Assembly (NCBI GenBank): GCA_002633005.1
Contig: NMRA01000119.1
Location: forward strand, 564,578-628,577
From: Phoronis australis
Lineage: Eukaryota; Animalia; Phoronida
Length of the DNA stretch: 64,000 nt
Direction: 5' to 3'
Of the stretch, positions 49,001 to 61,038 are shown one piece after another. The notes under the pieces were generated by a model. The model did not search any database. It was not told where the DNA came from and saw only the letters and a program-made list of their open reading frames with translations. Position 1 is the stretch's first letter; each line of letters starts with the position of its first letter. The position numbers were made by a program, and so were the translations under genes.

Positions 49001-50846
49001 TTGACCCAACGAAATACACAAATGCTAATGACGACCACACTGGTGTTGCTGATGATGACGATGATGATAATGTAAAAACACTGAAGACAGGTGAGTGTCT
49101 AAATTTCATGTCGATCGCGCGAAATATACGCGTGGTGAGAGAGGAAGCAAGACATGGGAGAATGAAAGATCAGTCATCAGATCAGTAAATTTCGAATAAT
49201 TCGAGAACGTTAAGTCGTAGCGAAAAGATAGAGCTCTGAGAAGCGAAAATTGCAAAAATGGCCATCTCTGGTGCAAATTCACGCAAGAACAATATGCATC
49301 GAGCTCTTAACAAGATGCATATTTTACATAAATTTCATGTCGATGGACAAAAATGTCACCTACAGCAAAGCATTAGAAAAAATGCTGCACTAAAATAATC
49401 ACTTGACCTGTAAACTTCGAATATCTTGGATGGTAAAACATAGCGAGGAACGGGTGAATACCGAATACACCACTTGAGTAGATCCATCCATTTACCAAAT
49501 TTCATAAATATCCGTTAAGGATGGCCGGATATACCCTTGAAAACCAATTAGAGTCATCAGAAAATCTCGAATAACTCAAGAACGGTAAGTATCAGCGAAA
49601 AATCAAGTTTCAGAAAAATTCGTCTTTTACGGCTTTTAAAAGCGAAAAATCAAAAAACAGGTGCCACTGCACCATTTAGAATCCGCTTTGGATCATACAC
49701 ACTACTAGCCTCGAGCTGTTGAGGAGACACCAAATTAGTCGTGAATAAGAGGAAGGATATGTAGAACGTGTGTTCTTCTTGATCTCTGTGACGTATGACT
49801 GCGCTGAAGCTAGTGTGATATTGGTAAGATATTTTTACTCCGGAAAAAACTATTCAGTGCTGAATATAACAATGCCGTTCTCTCATGGGGTCCTGATGAG
49901 AGAGAAAATGTTAGAAATCTAGCCTACAGATTGGCATTAGATAAAATGAAATAATGAGTGTTAACTACATCACTTTACAAACAAAGTGTAGGACCACACA
50001 ATTAAACATCACATACATTAGGTGCCTGTGCCCAGTTGCATGAAACAGTCCCAAATAGGGACTCAGCTAAGTTCCGGAAATCTTTTGTGTCTTTGTCGCG
50101 TTCTTTACTCCCAGATGTAATATTTTTTTTATCACTTTATCTGCATTATTAGCTCCTCGTTGGCTAATGACATCTTCTAATAATGTCACTGAAAGCTGAT
50201 CCTTTAATTCAGTCAAAATAAGTAAGAACATGTTCCTGTGTAGTATTGTAGCTTAAGCAACATTGAATCGTCACTACTACTCCGTTGTCTGCTAATGTGA
50301 AATGAATTATGCCAGCTGTTGTCCATGTTCTTTGCCACTAGAATCGTGGTTGTCACCAGCTGACAATTACTAACCGTTTAATCTAGAATACTATGACATA
50401 CACTTCAAAGGTTACTCACCACATTCAGTTGTAGTCCTTATGGTAGACTAGTTACATCACGCAGCAGAAAAGGCTTGTGTGCGTATAAAACCTATTTCAT
50501 ACAGTTTTTAAAAACGTATGAGCGCTTAGTTTCTCAGAAAAGAACACACAACAAACGCGAAGCTATTGCAAGCATTTACAAGCCCCTCCCCCTGCAACTC
50601 CAGACAGAAACATGCAATTATATTTTCAGGAGTTTGCGGATGTCATTGCCAAATCGAGCACATATTACAAAGACCTCTTTGATACTGGCGACCGCAATAT
50701 TAATTCATTAAAAAATTTTACAATTGCAAAGTTCAAGATTTCCTTGACATAATGTCTAGCTTTCACCTTCAACCAAAAATCACTGATCCTTCCAAACTCA
50801 GCAGCCGAGCATCTTTAATTGGTCATATTTATTTTACATGTTCTGA

Positions 50847-51662
50847 TGTTACTAAAATATCAAGCAGTGGCGTATTTTTTCCAATCTACGTTTGTCGGTA
50901 CTAAATGTTAATGTTTTCTTGTATTTTTTTTCATATTCTTATTTTCTCTAGCATGATAATTGCATGTCACATAAAACAATACAGTATACATCATTTACAA
51001 AGAACAACATTAAATACCCAGTCAACACGTACCGTATTTTCTTCAGGATGTAATTTAATAAAGTTTGTGAACATTTGGAAATTGAGATTTTTCTAAAAAA
51101 CTTGGCTAAATATGTAATTGTCAAGATATGTTTGTTTTAACCACTCACCAAGCAGGAGCCAGAAACCAGAGACAAGACGACATTCCCAAAACAGATGCAG
51201 AAAAGTTTCACTGTGTTAATAAAAAAATAATTGCAGGCGGTCTGATACACGCTGTACCAGACGTGCGCAGGCCTCGCATGTGGGCCCATNTGTTACTAAA
51301 ATATCAAGCAGTGGCGTATTTTTTCCAATCTACGTTTGTCGGTACTAAATGTTAATGTTTTCTTGTATTTTTTTCATATTCTTATTTTCTCTAGCATGAT
51401 AATTGCATGTCACATAAAACAATACAGTATACATCATTTACAAAGAACAACATTAAATACCCAGTCAACACGTACCGTATTTTCTTCAGGATGTAATTTA
51501 ATAAAGTTTGTGAACATTTGGAAATTGAGATTTTTTTTAACAAACTTGGCTAAATATGTAATTGTCAAGATATGTTTGTTTTAACCACTCACCAAGCAGG
51601 AGCCAGAAACCAGAGACAAGACGACATTCCCAAAACAGATGCAGAAAAGTTTCACTGTGTTA
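50847..51662. other. Tandem duplication around a single n (51290), probably an uncollapsed haplotype overlap
   Basis: 50847-51218 is nearly identical to 51291-51662. Confidence 0.85.
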
Positions 51663-51689
51663 CTGAATGTTAGTGTTATTACAAACCAC

Positions 51690-51945
51690 AAGTTTCAAAA
51701 GAGTACATTTCCATTCAAAATCAACGCCTAAGCCGGACTCTAAATACTGGACGCTGTCCAATACCAACATTTTCCTACAAAAACACACGGTTCAACAAAT
51801 ACAAGCACAAAATTAAGCCATGGATAACACAAGGACTTATTTCAATAAAAATAGACTGTACAAAAAATACACCCGCAGCTATACTTGACGAACAAAAGAG
51901 CGTCTTTACCACCTACAGATTAAAGAGCGATTGAAGAGTGTTCAA
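51690..51945 (+). mobile_element. Short LINE ORF2 linker relic
   Basis: KIKPWITQGL...NRLYKKY at ~51810-51870, typical of the endonuclease-RT linker in CR1/L2-group LINEs. Confidence 0.5.
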
Positions 51946-52999
51946 CAAAATCAGGCTTGCGTAGACCCTAGGACCTACGCTAGGACCTAGCCAAAAGGTA
52001 GTCAAGGACACGTGCTCTTGTTTAAAATACACGGCAATATCTCGCGTAATCTCGCAAAATCTTGCTTTTAAGCTAGGTCCTAGCGTAACTGAACGGGAGG
52101 CTGTATTCATCTGAAGTCTCTGTCTTACAGCACACATCACGAATAGTTTTAGTCCGACCGGTCGGCTAGGAGTCGACGACCGGCCCTCGACCGGTCATAA
52201 GGCGACCCACCAGCCAACGCAGCCGACCCGCTAGTCGGCTGCTATTTTCCGGGCTAGAGTTGCAGTTGCGTAATAGGTTGTCAGGCTGATACCGCTTAGT
52301 CTCCTGCACAAACCCTCGAGGTTGGTTGGGGTCTGCTACAGCGCACTTTTCCATATGCATTCTTGGAATATCATTGGCTGTTCCGATTTCAAGAAACAAG
52401 GCATTCTATTGGTCAGTTGAATAATAGGTCAAACTAGTTCACCAACATGGCGACTTCCAGTAAGGGAATGTCGATGGATTTACAGCTGTTTAAATCTCTC
52501 TGTTCTCGTCAAACTCCCGCATTTCAAAGCTAACGAGTCAATTAATACATCACCAGTAACGTATACGAAACATTTAATGATAATTATTATCTTGTATACT
52601 ATGCTGTATTCTGAACTGATGTGTTTTTTTACGAAATAATTTGTGGAAGAGATAGTCATTAGCTGATTAGCAGGCCATCCAGAACAACAGTCATTTTAGG
52701 GCCAGGCACACTATAGCACCGAATAGAGGGAAAGGAGTAGCTGAGAGCGTCGTGGCCACGGGAGATTGCCTCGATCTTTTCAGAGCACACCCTCTCGTAT
52801 GTTAACATGTTCATGTACGTTAAGTAAGCTCCCGTGATTACCGTGAAGGTTGAATTGGGTCAGATAAGGATATATGCTGAAATACTGCTATTCATGACAT
52901 TCTCATTATAATGTATAATACACTGGCATACTTGTCACTACCCAGAGAAGTTAGGAGCATAAAATACAGTCAATGGTCCTAAACACACACACATTACCC

Positions 53000-53945
53000 A
53001 GTCAAGCAGTACGTAAGTAAAAAGTAAGTAATTTTTCTTATAGTGACATGTGTTCAAATGAATTTTAACAATGAATACATTACAAACACTAGGAACACCC
53101 AGGGCTTATAAGTCACTTTAGATACATGATGCAAAAAAGAAAAGACAAGTGTACGCGCATTGCAAGAGGACCAGAAAGAGAAGGCCGAGATAAAAGTGAT
53201 CATGAATAAATATAATTTTTTCTCACTTCAAAAATATTTTTGATGAAAACTGAAGTTTTTCTAATAACATCTTTTTGTATGATTGTAATTAATTTACTTT
53301 CACAGATTTCTGCACGGAATCGTGGATATTTAATCTCAACTTGACAGTAAAAGGTGTTTCTGGCATCTAAGAAAAACGGACACTCAAACAGAAAATGTAG
53401 TTCACTTTCCACCTGACCAGTGTGACAAAGACAGCAAATTCTGTCATCAAAATCTAGAGAACGAAAACGCCCAACCTCAACCAATAACTGTAGGGTTCCG
53501 GTTCTAATTTGAGCAAGAATTGACCTACTAGGCCGACTTAAGTCTAAATGCACGTAAGGCTCAACTTCAAAGACATTCTTCATCAAAACATAGATTCTTA
53601 ACTTTGGTTTCGAACGGCTTTCAAACAACCACCAATTACAGGCTAAATAATGCAAAATATTCTTACAGTGAGACAGATTAACTGAACGTAAGTTATGAAA
53701 ACAATCTGATATCCCTAATTCCTTCAAAAATGCTCAAGACTTCAGACGACCAATTATTAGTACAAGTAGTGTAGTCCCACCAAAATGCTCGATATGTTAG
53801 TCTATTATCCTCGAAATTAATACGATTCCACCTTCTCAAAAGCTCAATTTTCTGCCTAACACTGGGGGATTCCAACCCCATGTCACCCATAACAGCATGA
53901 TTAGGAGCGAATTTGTGAACGCCCAAGAAAAATCGCCAGTCTAGC
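53000..53945 (-). mobile_element. 3' fragment of an RTE-X-like LINE (ORF2 C-terminal zinc-binding region plus 3'UTR)
   Basis: RFFLGVHKFAPNHAVMGDMG...KLRIY...RSILAQIRTGTLQLLVEVGRF...RICCLCHTGQVESELHFLFECP (ORFs 53693-53986 and 53200-53727). The 3' boundary is approximate. Confidence 0.85.
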
Positions 53946-56900
53946 AATAGTTTTATAATGACTGACATCGCTTTTGGCGGTGCCATTCAGCAGTGCCTCT
54001 GACTGCCATCCTGCAGTCGTACAGAGTATTCAGTTATTTCGGAGGGTGTTTGTTGCTCTGAAATTAGGATTATACACACTCTTTTGTATAGTCATCAAGA
54101 TAAAACCTCACCCTTTTTTGAGTTGGCACAGTGATCAAAACTGACCCACTTTGGTGAGAGCCTCAATGGAAGAGTCAACTTTTCTGATAACATAATTATG
54201 CAAAGTTATTATTTACAGGGAATTGAATTTCAGCAAAAAGCTCTCTAGGATGTATTCTTTTTAAAACAACAAACGTCAGTTCCATCTGAAACCTTCCGTG
54301 GTTTTGGTGCTAAAATTGATTATTTTATACAGGTCCAACCAAAAAGTAAATATTTTTGTGTGGAATTTATTTGGAAATTCATCTTTTCATGGTGACTTGT
54401 TACTGGTCAGAGTATCACATTTGGTCATATTAAATCTATGCAAGTCTCCTCTCTCCTGGACCCCGACTCGTCGACTGTTTCATTTTTTCTTTCCACGTTC
54501 ACATGATGTCAAGTGTTGTAGAGTTTGCAACAATCATCTATTAATGTCAGTCTAATTGCAAAACAAGATCTCATAACCATTCTTAAACATTCTGAAACTA
54601 CTAAGGCTCGCTGTAATCAAAGCATCCTGGAGTTAGACATTGTATGCAAGCGAACTTTAAAAACCTGGTTCGTTAAAATGACTACTAGTTGCAAAAACAT
54701 CTCACATTTCCAAATTGGGAGCTCAGGGTACTTCAAAGATTTTAAGCTGGTTCACTAAACCCAAATTGACGGTTTCTTGTGCGTTACTTGGGTTGGATTG
54801 TTATCCAGGCAATAGTCACTCACTAGCAATCCAAATTTTGAGAACAAGTTTTAACGCCTGCTATTCATTGAAAAACAGGTTCCTGTTATACATTAGAAAA
54901 CACGGGTTCTCAAAGTGGGGATGCCCTGTATGTTACTATTACCATTATGCCACGAAATTTATCTAACCATGGAGAACTTTATTTTGCTGATGTATTGATT
55001 ACAAATATGGTTTAGTTTAGCGATAGACTGAAGTACTAAGTCTGGGCATTAACATAGCCGTGGGCGCACAACAGGGCTATCCCCTCCTCGTTGCAAACCC
55101 TTCCCCTGGTAGAAACTCATTTCAGTTTTGTTCTTGCCTAGCTTCCTTGTCCCTGTCCCTTGTTCATGCAGTACCTCCAAGTTGCCTCACATTAGTCATT
55201 GGTTGCCAACAATTTCAAGTTTAGCAACCTCTTAAATAATTCTGACTACACCAGCGTTGCTACATGGGAATAGGTTACTAAAGACTCGACTGCCATTCAA
55301 CTTGCACATTTACTGCCTTGTGAAAGCATAAACCATTATGAAATTAACACCTGGGCCCTGGGTTTCAACTTTTTACTCAGAATTATTTTTGTTATTTTCT
55401 ATTCTGGTTTTGTTTGAATTCGAGATAAGTTTCTTTTATTCTATACTTGAGTACTTATTGATGGCAATTAATGATCCGTGCATTACAGCTGAAAGTTTGA
55501 GTCTGAGTTCGAGGTTTTACTAGAAATCTTGAGTTTTTACTCAAATTTTAGCTCGAATCTAGTGGTCATTAAGTAATATCTTGATCTCGCAAGGAAGTGG
55601 ACTAGAAGTGACAAAAACAATTTCGAGTTCGATTTGGATTGAAAGTTTCACTCTAGAAGTGTATTCCCAAAACATGATCACATAATCCCTTTTCAGAGTT
55701 TTAAATCAATCCATATACAAGACTGGGCTAGAATCTGTTTAGCCCAAAAAGCATTTAAATGCTATATGGAGAATAATAAAACATCTGTACTAAACTGTAT
55801 TGAAAAAATGAACCCTTTTGACATTCCTTATCCACAAATTGTGCCATTTTTCAAGCTGCTATTTACCCAAACTCTTTTTAGAACCGTCATGTAACAATAT
55901 AAGATTAGTCCGGTACAAACAATGTTGTTTTTGGCCAAATTAGTAGCAAAAATCTCAAGCACTCACATGAACATTGGCATTGGATTTGGATACTAGTGCC
56001 TGATGTCAATCTTCATGTGTTTGCTCGTGATTAGACTCTTGATCTTGTACTGTTCCTTACTGAGATTACATGTGGTATATTGGCTTCGGTTGAACGGATA
56101 GTTTCTTATTGCTTAAGACCTGGTGCAATAACCATGGCTTTGAGCAATAACAAAGTTTGAATTCTTCCAAGTCCACTAACGAACAAGTTGAAATAGTGAT
56201 ATATACAGGGCTTGGAATTTTCCTTTTTTGTTTTTATTTCCTTTTATTCGATTTCCAGCTTCTTTTTTATCATCATTGTTTGGCTTGATTCATGCAAAAA
56301 CATTTCTTTCAGTTTAATTTTACTACACAAAAATATTTCTATCACACAAGCCTATTTGTGAAATGATAGATCACCTGGAAAATTTTCCTCTTATAGTCAT
56401 TCCAATTCCTGTATATAGTGGTAAGTTGTTCAGATCAAAATTTATTCTTTTTCACATAAGACGCATTTATAGCAACTTTAAGGGATTTAATTCGAAGGAA
56501 ATCTGGAAGCTAGAAGACACCATCTGATAAGCGCATTCTGAAATCAATAATTGTGCTTGTACTTTCCAAGATGTTCAACACACATTGTTAGGTATGGGGA
56601 TAGGGTTCATTCCACCATCCTTGGGCTTTCAGGGTACCCTCCTGAAACCATTCCAAGGAGGTACTCCCACAGGTTTATATAAGACACGACACTCAACTGG
56701 GTGATTTTTCTCAAACAATTTCTCTTCAAAATGGTGCTTGCAAAAATCCCTACCACATCAAACTTTTTCCTATGAATACAACGGATTTCACTCTGGAAGT
56801 TAAAAACACTGCAAATGGTACCTTTTTCCTACTGCAATAGGGGATTTAATACGATACCTGTATTTTTAAAACCTTGGACACCAGACTCATTTTTGACAAC

Positions 56901-57144
56901 AGGAATCTCTGAGCCAACCTCTTCAAGCTTAATGGGTGAAAAAGACACAGCTGTCCAAGAATTACTACGAAAGGATTCATTTGTTAGCATTAGCTCTTCT
57001 AAAAAGATTGTGCATTTGAAATATTAGGCTACAATTTTATTGAAGTCCAAACCTCGGACCACAAAAATGTTTTTTAGCCACAGTCTAAATGGGTGGAGAT
57101 TCTTCTAGCACTCGATTATGCACAAAACTAAAGGTTACGGCCCA

Positions 57145-57570
57145 TGTGGAACACCTCTCGGGTATTTTCGTAGCTACAAATTTACCCTCGGAACATCTGG
57201 AGCACCTCGGCTATTTTCCTATTTACATGTACAAAGTTTTTTTAGAAACACTTCAGGTATTTTCGTAGCCTCAAATATCCTCTCGGAGATGAACGTTATC
57301 CAAAATATGGCAAGTCACGTGATTTTTAATCTTGACTATGATAGGCAAACTTGAAGTCGCACACATGCAGAGAGCATTCACCTATTAGGTGAATTTTGAG
57401 GTTACGAAAACACCCGAGGTGTTCTGGATGCCCTTGGAAGTTAATGTTTTCAGTGCATGCTCGAACTTTATGGCCAATCATTCTCCACTAAGTTTGTTAA
57501 TCACACAGGTTAAATTCACCTCCAATGAGAAAATTGAGGCCCCGAATATACCCAAGGTGATCTGAATGGC
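57145..57570. repeat. Fold-back repeat with two direct and two inverted subunits
   Basis: acacc/t..cgggtattttcgtagc at ~57152 and ~57248; reverse complements at ~57396 and ~57534. Confidence 0.55.
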
Positions 57571-57775
57571 TAAGGACCCTCAAGTTGTCCGGGGTCCCAC
57601 CTCAAAAAGGGAAATGGGGAAGAACAAATTAGTATTTCAACGAGGTGGGGGGAATGTAAGTTGAGAATTGTGGCTACCTGGAGGGTCGAAAATTGTGGTG
57701 TTCTAGGGGGTGAATACTGTGTAGGCTGCGAAGTGGTGGAAATTGGATGCCAGCAATATCTACTGTAACACTGTA

Positions 57776-57923
57776 CAGAGACGGATAGGGGGAAGGGGGC
57801 CATGGCCCTGCTTAAAATTCTCCAAGATTCCATTTGGCACGTTTGGGGCGGGTGCAAATGTCTGACGGGCAAAATACTCTGCCCTTGCCCCTACTCCCAA
57901 CTCAAAATCCTGGATCATCGCTG
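57776..57923. mobile_element. MITE family B
   Basis: Body aaaattctccaagattccatttggc...ccaactcaaaatcctggatc shared with the other copies. Confidence 0.75.
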
Positions 57924-58869
57924 TAAGATCTTACAGCAGGGGATCGAGGATCCAGGATTTCGGCCCGTTTTCAATTCATAAAAAGCGTTCAAATAATGAA
58001 ACTGAAAAAATGCCAAGTGAAAAGAGTGAAGCCATTGTTAATTCAGGTTTATTTTCCCAATAAGGAATCGATAATTACATGATTTTACTACAGTTTGTAG
58101 GTAATATCACAATATATAAACAGCTACCTCACCAGAGAGTTCCCCCATACCGCAAACGCGACACAGTCGCAAAATAACTTTTACTCTCGCGACACCTAGC
58201 GACCTGATAACGTAATACCGGATGTCAGCATGCGCAGAGCAAACTTCCTGGTTAAAAATTGTCAGCTGACAGTCAATGAAAACCATCGTTCTAGTGCGCT
58301 GTACCTGGGCCCGGTCTCCAATCTCCGTACTCAGACTCGAATCATGCTCAAACTCACACTTCATACTCAACTCGAGTACAGACTCAGCTTTGGTTAGACG
58401 AAGTGGAAATTCTAAATCTCCAAACACCGGATTTGTATCTCGAGTTTAAGCTGATTGCCACTTATGTGTGTGGAAAATGAAATTTGGAACTGTTTTGAAC
58501 TTGATTCTATCATTAAGCAATTCTCTGAAAAGAAAATTCGCAAATTACGTCGAATGCTAAGGCGTAGTATGCCATAAATCGTCTAAGATGAACTGAGAAT
58601 CAAGCCGTTTAGTGAGCCAAAACTAGCGCCTTCTTGATTCCATTTTTATAACAATGTAAACCATGATAACAGAAAACGTCTCAAAACAAAATTGATTTTT
58701 CCTGAAAGGGAAACAGATGTTCAACTCAATAGACCTAATTACCAAAGTATACGTAGGAAGGCATTATCATGCTGAAAGATAATATCAGCCTGTGTCATTT
58801 TTATCATCCGGTTCGTGGTCCTGCCACAATTTACATTTTTTATTGCTATGAATCTTTGGTTGGTGTAAC

Positions 58870-58950
58870 AGGTGCCCAACTGCTGAGACCGGTGGCCCAT
58901 GATGTGACCGGTGGCCCATTATGTTGTAACCTGTGGCCCATGATGTCGTT
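58870..58950. repeat. Short minisatellite (~20-bp unit, 4 copies)
   Basis: ggtggcccatgatgt(g)acc-like units. Confidence 0.6.
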
Positions 58951-60290
58951 AAGATGCCTCTGAATTTAAGACACTTGACTTTTGTAATGTGCTCCAACAT
59001 TCAAGATCCAACTATAATTTGCTGGTAACGAAAGATGTTTGGTATTGTAATTTTGGCCTTAAAGAACACCATTGCTATTAAACACAAGTTTTACAATCAG
59101 AAAAGCCCTAGCTGTGATTGAAGGGTTTGAGGTCACTAGTAATACGATGACGCCTTCGAAATTGACCGATACCGCTAATGGTTTACCTGCAGAAACCTTA
59201 TTAAAAGCAAATTGAAAGTCATTTACACCCACAAACAGCTTTAATTCATTGTCAAGTTTCAAAATGTATACTTACATGAAATGTCTCTACAGTATTCAGC
59301 TCAAAATTTCACCTGACTTGTTCACGTTCAGTGTTCAAACAGCAGGTTATTCAAAATCGTGACGTTGTTTTATTCTGAGCCATACAGTGTCGGGGGGGGG
59401 GGGTTCGAGGGGGATGCAACTGAAAAATTAGGATACCAATAGAGGGTGTAACCGAAAAAAGATCCAGTTGTATGTGGGCAACATTTTATGGAAAGCCAAG
59501 ATGAGTTAAGGTTTTATTCCAGAAACATCATTTTGTAGGGGTAATTCCGCAAACCATAGTAAAACTTTGTACATGGATTTTTGGACAGATGAATGTTAGC
59601 TCATTAAGCCCGAAACAGTAAAAGAAGAGTTGACATGTTTTAAAAAGTAAGTACATCATTTCCAAGCTTATAGAATATAGATAACATGGAAAGCCTTTTG
59701 TCTAGCTAGAAATGTATTATTTATTCTAATATATTTCCAATTCCTAAAGCGAACCCTTTTGTAGAATTTTTTTGTCGGAAAAAGTTACCCTTTGGTTTGG
59801 GCATTTTGTCTGAAAAGACATATTTCCGTAGAGAAACTGGTCGTGAAAAAGTGATCCTTATGTGAAGTTCGCCCTGCATACCTCGTCTATAGCAGTGCCC
59901 CCGGTACATTTGGCTGACCGTTACCTATGGTTACCGTATTGCTAAGGCATATTTGCTTACTACCAGAGTTGTTTGTCAAAGAAAAAATGCAGTGTTGAAT
60001 TATATGTGGAACAATGCTGGTTTCGTTGAAAACTATCAACATATAACCAAATATTTTTTATGGCGGAGAAATGTATTTCTAGAACGGTAAACGATTGTAC
60101 TGCGCTTTTGTCGATAATTCCACACCTTTTGACCCACTTTTCTTTGTGGTATTGTCAGTTTAACCACATGTGTGGATGATTAATTATGAATGTGTCATTG
60201 CCTGCGTTTGAAAAATTGAAATATTTTATTCAAACACCAAATCGTGTGGCTGGTCTGTTCTAGTGTTCAACTGGTAACCGATAAAGTCTT

Positions 60291-60460
60291 ATGCTTAATC
60301 TAATGTTATTGGCAATGTATTTGTATTGTAACGAAATACGGGTTGAAAAAATGTGATGACGCTAACGGAGTTTCAAGATCAAGCTTTTCACTGATGCTTA
60401 ATTCATTGTTATTGACAATGTAATTGCACTGTCGCAAAATACGGGTCGAGAAGATGTGAC
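60291..60460. repeat. Diverged ~104-bp direct repeat (2 copies)
   Basis: atgcttaat...tgttattg.caatgta...aaatacgggt.ga.aa.atgtga at 60291 and 60395. Confidence 0.65.
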
Positions 60461-61038
60461 CGGGTTTCAGACGGTCATTTTATGCATTTGTAAGAGCGCA
60501 ATCAACCTTGAAATATAAATCAGCATTTGCCATCAATTGCGTTGTACAGTTTATACGAGATTTTTTGTCCCACATTATCAATCAAGTTCTCTTTAGTTCA
60601 TTATGTCGATAGCATGTTGCTGAAGCGGATGGTGAACGATTTCATAGGAAAACGAGAATATTGTATGAATCTTGCTAAAATCACATACATTCTGATGAAA
60701 TGTTTTTAAAGTTATTGTAACATGTACTTTAGATCGTCGATACACAGCTCCGCCAAAAAAATGGCTCTCGCCACTGTTGTGTCATTATACATTGGGCTCT
60801 AGTCGGGGTTTTATTTTGTACTCGAAATTTAACTCAAATTAATTTTTAAAATTTTTGCTCTACTTTTGTGCGAACTCAAAGTATACATATGTGTGTTTAT
60901 ATACGGTTCAAGTTATCAGCACCGAGAAAATATTTTCACGAACTCGAAAGCCGAATGTAACCGGAATCCGCGGAGTAAAGGTTCGAGAAACTATGATTTC
61001 GATAATAGTTGTCAAAAATGTATGTAGCGTTGTTAGTC

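Noticed and set aside
50847-51662. Duplicated small ORFs (50905-51096, 51336-51584) as a tandem gene pair
   Set aside because: They come from the haplotype-overlap duplication around n51290 and have no coding hallmarks.
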